A DNA stretch of 64,000 bases from an uncultured candidate division Zixibacteria bacterium (lineage in GTDB: Bacteria; Zixibacteria; MSB-5A5; GN15; FEB-12), in NCBI GenBank assembly GCA_963806185.1, contig CAWDXE010000004.1, forward strand, positions 224,001 through 288,000, read 5' to 3'. A program made the translations under genes and the position numbers. The notes beneath the pieces were generated by a model. The model was not told the origin of the DNA. It made no database searches and saw only the letters and a list, made by a program, of their open reading frames with translations. Shown here piece after piece: positions 59,551 through 64,000 of the stretch. The stretch's first letter is position 1, and every line of letters begins with the position of its first letter.

Positions 59551-59572
59551 TTGACGCCGCTACTTCAACCAG

Positions 59573-59615
59573 CCTAATCAGTACCCCACCGTCTTGCGGT
59601 GGAGTTCGGATTAGG
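59573..59615. repeat. Nested hairpin palindrome
   Basis: CCTAATC-AGTA-CCCCACCG-TCTTG-CGGTGGAG-TTCG-GATTAGG. Confidence 0.55.
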
Positions 59616-59883
59616 TAACCGAGACATCTCTATGGACCCGCCGCTATCATAACCACCAGTCGAACCACTGAGACTCCATAACCGTGGCTCGTCTTTTTTT
59701 TCAATATGGAGCCCCGCGCGTTGTACCGATTTGTTTTTGCAGAGTCCGGTATCGACGCATTCGGCGTTGCCCACCGCCCGCCGACCTTGACATACACTTT
59801 GAAAAGTTTGACATACACCTTGTACCCATCAGACAGCCCTAAACCACCGTCGAACGCGGAGGCGTTGTCGCGAGGGCGACCAA

Positions 59884-59911
59884 GTAGCTGGCGTACGTCT
59901 CGTGCGCCAGC
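59884..59911 (+). repeat. GTAG-headed REP-like palindrome
   Basis: GTA-GCTGGCGTACG-TCT-CGTGCGCCAGC, 11-bp stem with one G:U pair. Confidence 0.65.
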
Positions 59912-59919
59912 CCCGACAC

Positions 59920-59949
59920 TCATTGCGAGGAGCGCAGCGACGTGGCAAC
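59920..59949 (+). repeat. TCATTGCGAGGAGCG...GTGGCAA-type palindromic repeat
   Basis: TCATTGCGAGGAGCGCAGCGACGTGGCAAC (translates IARSAATWQ); resembles a widespread intergenic repeat family. Confidence 0.65.
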
Positions 59950-60030
59950 TTCAACTCCATATCCACCCACCTCAACCTCGTCGTCGTGCCAACCATCAAA
60001 CACCACCACCGTCGCACCGCCCCCTTTTTC

Positions 60031-60060
60031 GTCATCCTGAATCATTCTCATGATTCAGGA
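60031..60060 (+). repeat. GTCATCCTGAA-type palindromic repeat
   Basis: GTCA-TCCTGAATCA-TTCTCA-TGATTCAGGA, perfect 10-bp stem. Confidence 0.65.
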
Positions 60061-60089
60061 CCTCAGTGTCCACTGCATTCACGGTCTTC

Positions 60090-60123
60090 AAACCGTCGCA
60101 CTGAGCGAAGGCGATGGGCGACA
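60090..60123 (+). repeat. Palindromic repeat family C, copy 2
   Basis: AAACCGTCGCACTGAGCGAAGGCGATGGGCGACA. Confidence 0.7.
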
Positions 60124-60173
60124 CTATCACCAGTGATTTCGCTCATTCCATAACGTTGACGGTCAACTTCCAC

Positions 60174-60202
60174 TTGCCTCCGTGTAACGCCGATTGTATA
60201 CT
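60174..60202 (+). promoter_or_regulatory. Candidate sigma70 promoter
   Basis: TTGCCT-N17-TATACT; AGGAGGT SD before GTG 60226. Confidence 0.6.
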
Positions 60203-60225
60203 CCACGTAATATAGGAGGTATACC

Positions 60226-60852
60226 GTGCGTCTGGTCAATCAGTGGTTCGCTTTCTGCCTCATCTTAGCCCCCATGCTCGTTGCATGTTCTACCTCATAC
60301 GTCTCGCACACGTCGATTTCGGGTGAAGTCGCCGCCGTTAAGAATTGGCAAATCGTATGGGTCGACTCACTCGCATGGGCTGTCCCACCTGTGCTTCCCA
60401 AGGGTGTCGATCAGGACAAAGTACGAGGATTGTCGAGATTCTGTGGCGAATTCGTCTCGGAGGTGAGAACTGAGGTAGTCCGTCAGGGAAAGGTGTCAGC
60501 TTACAGCAATATGCCCGTCGATGGAACCATTAAACTGATCCTCGTTCCTCGAGGAGCGCGACCACTTTCGTTTGACTATTATGGCCAGAATCGCGCCAGG
60601 GACGTGGCGAACTATATGCAGACTCGTTCGGCATCGGAGAGGGCGCCGGAGGTGGTAGCGGAATTGGCCGGAGGTGTATTGACAGCCTTGTTGGAAGGTG
60701 GACACCACATGGATGGCGTCAGAGTCGGTATCGCCGATAGCTCAGGTAAGTCACTTGGTGAGGTATATCTTGCCGGCAAGGGACGCCATGACGTTGACCC
60801 GAAGAAAGTATGCGAAACGATCGGGAATCTCATTCGGACAGGGAAGAACTAG
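60226..60852 (+). CDS. Hypothetical lipoprotein
   Basis: AGGAGGT SD; lipobox LVAC; no recognisable domain. Confidence 0.75.
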   Translation: MRLVNQWFAFCLILAPMLVACSTSYVSHTSISGEVAAVKNWQIVWVDSLAWAVPPVLPKGVDQDKVRGLSRFCGEFVSEVRTEVVRQGKVSAYSNMPVDGTIKLILVPRGARPLSFDYYGQNRARDVANYMQTRSASERAPEVVAELAGGVLTALLEGGHHMDGVRVGIADSSGKSLGEVYLAGKGRHDVDPKKVCETIGNLIRTGKN

Positions 60853-60975
60853 TTCGGGGCGGAACCTTCAATAACCCTCAAAGTTTGGGATCCGCCCCCC
60901 CCTCACCCGCAAAGAAACGCCGACCGCGGAACTTCATAACGGCTTCGCCGATTCTTGCAATCCTCTATTGCCGTG

Positions 60976-61022
60976 GCGTTAGGTCACACGACCCGAAGGC
61001 GGGGCGCTGGAACTGATGCAAC
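60976..61022 (-). repeat. Palindromic repeat family A, copy 3 (inverted, diverged)
   Basis: Minus strand GTTGCATCAGTTCCAGCGCCCCGCCTTCGGGTCGTGTGACCTAACGC aligns without gaps to 59142-59188. Confidence 0.75.
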
Positions 61023-61042
61023 ATCAGATCCCCAACCACCCC

Positions 61043-61621
61043 CTACCGCCCCGCCAGCATCTCCGTCAGAAACGCCATCTTCGCCATCTCCTCAGGCGTT
61101 GCTCCGATTGTCCCACCCTTCAATATGCTGTACTCCTCGGCGATTCGACGAAGAAGAGGAAGGTTCGCTTCTCTTCGCAACCGCTCTGCCAACCCGCTCT
61201 TCTTCTCGAACGGAAACCCCAACTTCGCCAATTTCGGCTCCCACCTCATGATCGCACCGGTCGTATCATCGAGAACAAATTCCAGCGCCTCAGGCGACAT
61301 CGTATTCGTGTAGTCATTGACGGCAAACGTCCGCTTGCCCGTTGCCATCACAGCTACGCCCAATTTGGCATCGGACCGCCAGCGAATCTTCATCGGCAGT
61401 CCATCTGGCATTCTTACCACCCCCGATGAATCAGCGACTCCCCACGCAAAATCATACGCGCCGTCGGAGTATTGCCACGCCTCACAGTAGAAGACCGCCC
61501 CGGCCAGACCCCGACCTTGTCTGTCGGTCACCCGAGCAATGACGTCGACTGCCTTCTCACATCCGGCAAGGACGAGAGTCAAAACCAATATGAGGAGCGA
61601 TCGGACTATCGCGCGATTCAT
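61043..61621 (-). CDS. Hypothetical lipoprotein, candidate immunity protein
   Basis: ATG overlaps the upstream TGA (ATGA at 61621-61618); signal MNRAIVRSLLILVLTLVLAG-C (lipobox). Confidence 0.75.
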   Translation of the reverse strand: MNRAIVRSLLILVLTLVLAGCEKAVDVIARVTDRQGRGLAGAVFYCEAWQYSDGAYDFAWGVADSSGVVRMPDGLPMKIRWRSDAKLGVAVMATGKRTFAVNDYTNTMSPEALEFVLDDTTGAIMRWEPKLAKLGFPFEKKSGLAERLRREANLPLLRRIAEEYSILKGGTIGATPEEMAKMAFLTEMLAGR

Positions 61622-64000
61622 CGTGCTTTGTCTCCGGCAAAGTTCGCGTCTTTGGGAAACATCGGAATAAACGTGCAGGTGTCGACCGAACTGAAGGCGT
61701 CCACCAGGTCGCCGCCGGTCGAGAACCATTTCTTGAAGAACGCCGCTTCGGAATCAACATCGTTACCTACCGGTGCTTTGTCAAACACCACGCCCGCTTC
61801 CTGCTGGTCGAGCGAGGATTCGTTGTCCGCCCCCGAGTTGATGATAAACATTCGGTTCCCGTCCCAGCCGACGACGACTTTCCAGTGGAGAGAGAAGAGG
61901 TTGAATTCCTCTTCCACCAATATCAGCACGGGCACTCCCGCCATCAGCCAGAGCTTCAGCAGTTTAAGCGCCCGCTTCCGGTCGCCGCGGTTGGCGAGAT
62001 CTTCGGCGTCATTGTCGCGCGCGCTCATGTTGAATTTCCCGGCGGCGTCGACAATCTGCGACGGCGTGCGCGCCCCGGACGGAATCAGCAGCTTACTCAC
62101 CTGGCCGTCATAAAACGTTCCGTTTTTGGCGTTCGGATTGTTCGTAAACGGCCGCCAGTAGTTCATCGCCGCCGCAAAACTGAACGCTCCACAGAAATTG
62201 GTCTGACCCTGATCGTGCCAGCAAATATCGCCCGGCAGCAGGAACCGGGCAGGCGGATCAGGGAGAGCGTCGATTGAGGCGGCCGGCTGATCATCGCGCG
62301 GCAACGCCAACAGTCTGTTAACCAGATTCCTGTCGAAGGTGTGATGGCTGTCGAAAACCTGATTCTGTCCGGTTGGTACTATTTCATTGAAAGATCCAAC
62401 GTGTGACGGTGCCGGCTGGCCGTCCCGCTTCACACCCATGATCAGCTTGCACTTGGCCGTCGGCAGTGCCGACACCGTGCCGATCCAGAGCGGGTCGGGC
62501 GCACCCGGAGCGAAATTAATCAACTCGAATGGGTCGAAATCCCTGATGAACTTCTCCTGCTTCTCCTTGAGCCGATTGTCACCAAAGATGAAGAACCGGT
62601 TAACACCCTTCTTATCCAGCCCGAAGAACCCAACCTGGTAATTCTCATTGAAATCGGCCATGAGGTAGATATCCGCCCGCTTGCCGTCGACCTCCTTGCC
62701 GTTGATTATTGCCCAGTCATTCTGACTCCACATGTCGAGCCGGATTTCAGCGTTCTGCCCGCACGGCACTCGAATTGGCCCCAGCAAAGGCAGCTTCGAC
62801 TTGTCTTTCGTGAACAGGCCGAACTTGCCCCCCTTCATGAAGCCGTTGCGATGACTGAAATAGAAGAAGGCTTCGCGGTCACAATCAATCGACGCCGGCT
62901 CGCCGGTGTCGAAATTCGTGAGCTTGCCGTCTTTGAACGTGAACACGCCGCTGTCCGGAGCGTCGACCGCTTCTCCTTTGAAATACGCGACGTACGCAAA
63001 GACCGAGTGCATTTTGACGAAATTGGTCGACCCCGGCTTATCGGGCGTGAAGAAAGTCGGCTGGGATTGCGCGTGGGGGTGGGGATGCACCGGCAGATGC
63101 TGTCGGGAGAATAGTCTCTTGTCGTTCACGTCGCAGAGTTTCGGGTCGCACGATTCCTGCTTGGCGTGACAGGCCAGCACCGGCTTTTCGCTGGGATCAA
63201 AGAAAAGTAGTTCTACGCGACGGTTGATCCGGCTGCGAAACTTGTCCCGATCCGGCGCCTCGATCGGGAAGAACTCCCCGCATCCGACCGCTTTGCGGCC
63301 GTCGTCCGCGAATTTCAGCGAATCGCGGAAGCCTTGGAGTTTGTCAACGTCGGTATCAAGCATCTTCGCCAGTTCACTCTGGTAGACGTCGAAAAACGCC
63401 CCCCACGTTTCCTTGCCGACCACGCCATCGGCCTTGATCTTGCGGCCGAATTGCGCTTCAAACCCCGTCTGGAAATTCTTGGTGGCTGTATGTGTCTTTT
63501 CGCCAATGATGCCGTCTATGCCGTCCGGATCGCAATTGAGCGCCGGAAACCGTTTCGCGATGAACGTCAATATTTGCTGGATATCTTCATTCTTGTGCTG
63601 CTTGTCTGAGATGGCTGCCCAGTCTTCGCGCTGCCCCAGAAGCATGGCGACGACTGACTTCGCCCGCTTTTCCGAAAGCTTCACGTTGTACTGATCTTGC
63701 CCCGTCGTGTCGGTGTGCCCGGCGATCAGCATCAACTGGTCGGGAAACTCCTTGGCGCGTATGTAAGTCGTGCGCAAGACATCCAGCCCGGAGATTCGCT
63801 CCTGGCTCTCGTCGGCCGATTCCTTCGGGTCAATATCGTATGCCTCCGGCAGCAGCACCGCGCTGTCGTGCCGGAACAATACGTCCTCAACCTCGATGAC
63901 GAAAACCGACGCCTTCTCGGAAAGCGATACGGAAAACAACTGACCGGTACTGAGCCGCACGCCCTGACGGGCGGCGGCGAGAGAGAAGAACAATTTGTTG
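61618..64000 (-). CDS. OmpA-like domain with inserted peptidoglycan-binding domain plus C-terminal C39-like cysteine peptidase; 5' end outside window
   Basis: VLFRHDSAVL, IAGHTDTTG..YNVKLSEKRA, NRRVELLFF (OmpA_C); DGIIGEKT..ATKNFQ..ADGVVGKETW (PG_binding_1); QGQTNFCG...HWKVVVGWD...INS. Frame is open to the window edge. Confidence 0.8.
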   Translation of the reverse strand, partial: NKLFFSLAAARQGVRLSTGQLFSVSLSEKASVFVIEVEDVLFRHDSAVLLPEAYDIDPKESADESQERISGLDVLRTTYIRAKEFPDQLMLIAGHTDTTGQDQYNVKLSEKRAKSVVAMLLGQREDWAAISDKQHKNEDIQQILTFIAKRFPALNCDPDGIDGIIGEKTHTATKNFQTGFEAQFGRKIKADGVVGKETWGAFFDVYQSELAKMLDTDVDKLQGFRDSLKFADDGRKAVGCGEFFPIEAPDRDKFRSRINRRVELLFFDPSEKPVLACHAKQESCDPKLCDVNDKRLFSRQHLPVHPHPHAQSQPTFFTPDKPGSTNFVKMHSVFAYVAYFKGEAVDAPDSGVFTFKDGKLTNFDTGEPASIDCDREAFFYFSHRNGFMKGGKFGLFTKDKSKLPLLGPIRVPCGQNAEIRLDMWSQNDWAIINGKEVDGKRADIYLMADFNENYQVGFFGLDKKGVNRFFIFGDNRLKEKQEKFIRDFDPFELINFAPGAPDPLWIGTVSALPTAKCKLIMGVKRDGQPAPSHVGSFNEIVPTGQNQVFDSHHTFDRNLVNRLLALPRDDQPAASIDALPDPPARFLLPGDICWHDQGQTNFCGAFSFAAAMNYWRPFTNNPNAKNGTFYDGQVSKLLIPSGARTPSQIVDAAGKFNMSARDNDAEDLANRGDRKRALKLLKLWLMAGVPVLILVEEEFNLFSLHWKVVVGWDGNRMFIINSGADNESSLDQQEAGVVFDKAPVGNDVDSEAAFFKKWFSTGGDLVDAFSSVDTCTFIPMFPKDANFAGDKAR

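Noticed and set aside
59570..59705. Riboswitch or group II intron domain V (minus-strand GAGCCAC...GTGGTTC hairpin)
   Set aside because: Lacks the domain V geometry and any riboswitch consensus I can recognise; no RT ORF or downstream gene. Treated as hairpins only.
59137..60153. Short ORFs in the repeat mosaic (e.g. 59706..60053, 59574..59774)
   Set aside because: No SD or domains; their translations derive from repeat sequences.
59085..61022. CRISPR array
   Set aside because: Repeats are heterogeneous, irregularly spaced and in both orientations; no cas genes.

Overview
A gene-dense window of mostly housekeeping and cell-envelope genes from a moderately GC-rich diderm bacterium. PorU/PorV-like genes, a bat operon, bacillithiol genes, a large Alu-type SRP RNA and Shine-Dalgarno use suggest a non-Bacteroidota FCB-group organism such as candidate division Zixibacteria; this is an inference. 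In order: a partial PorV-family gene, a secreted HExxH protein, sthA, a TPR membrane protein, recR-ybaB-dnaX, two paralogous beta-barrels, tRNA-Ala(CGC) and large SRP RNA, mscL, DUF3078, an EamA transporter, two secreted proteins, sdhCAB, a class-3 asparaginase, tryptophanase, a T9SS-like cluster (porU, porV, M6 protease, two membrane paralogs, NHL lipoprotein, DGGGP-synthase-family prenyltransferase), a moxR/bat operon, an LPG-synthase-TM protein, TetR-TolC-MFP-RND coupled directly to bshC-bshA-bshB1, bioY, ilvE-rpiB, a ~1 kb mosaic of palindromic repeats, and an OmpA/PG-binding/C39-peptidase gene with a coupled lipoprotein. Most notable: (1) porU is split by a +1 frameshift exactly at a prfB-type CTT-TGA-C site, either programmed recoding or a 1-nt indel; (2) the adjacent PorV carries a ~530-aa beta-propeller/LysM insertion; (3) a candidate -1 frameshift cassette in dnaX; (4) bacillithiol synthesis appears co-operonic with an RND pump; (5) a possible effector-immunity pair; (6) a hotspot holding several REP-like repeat families. 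No CRISPR array, rRNA or intact transposase was seen.
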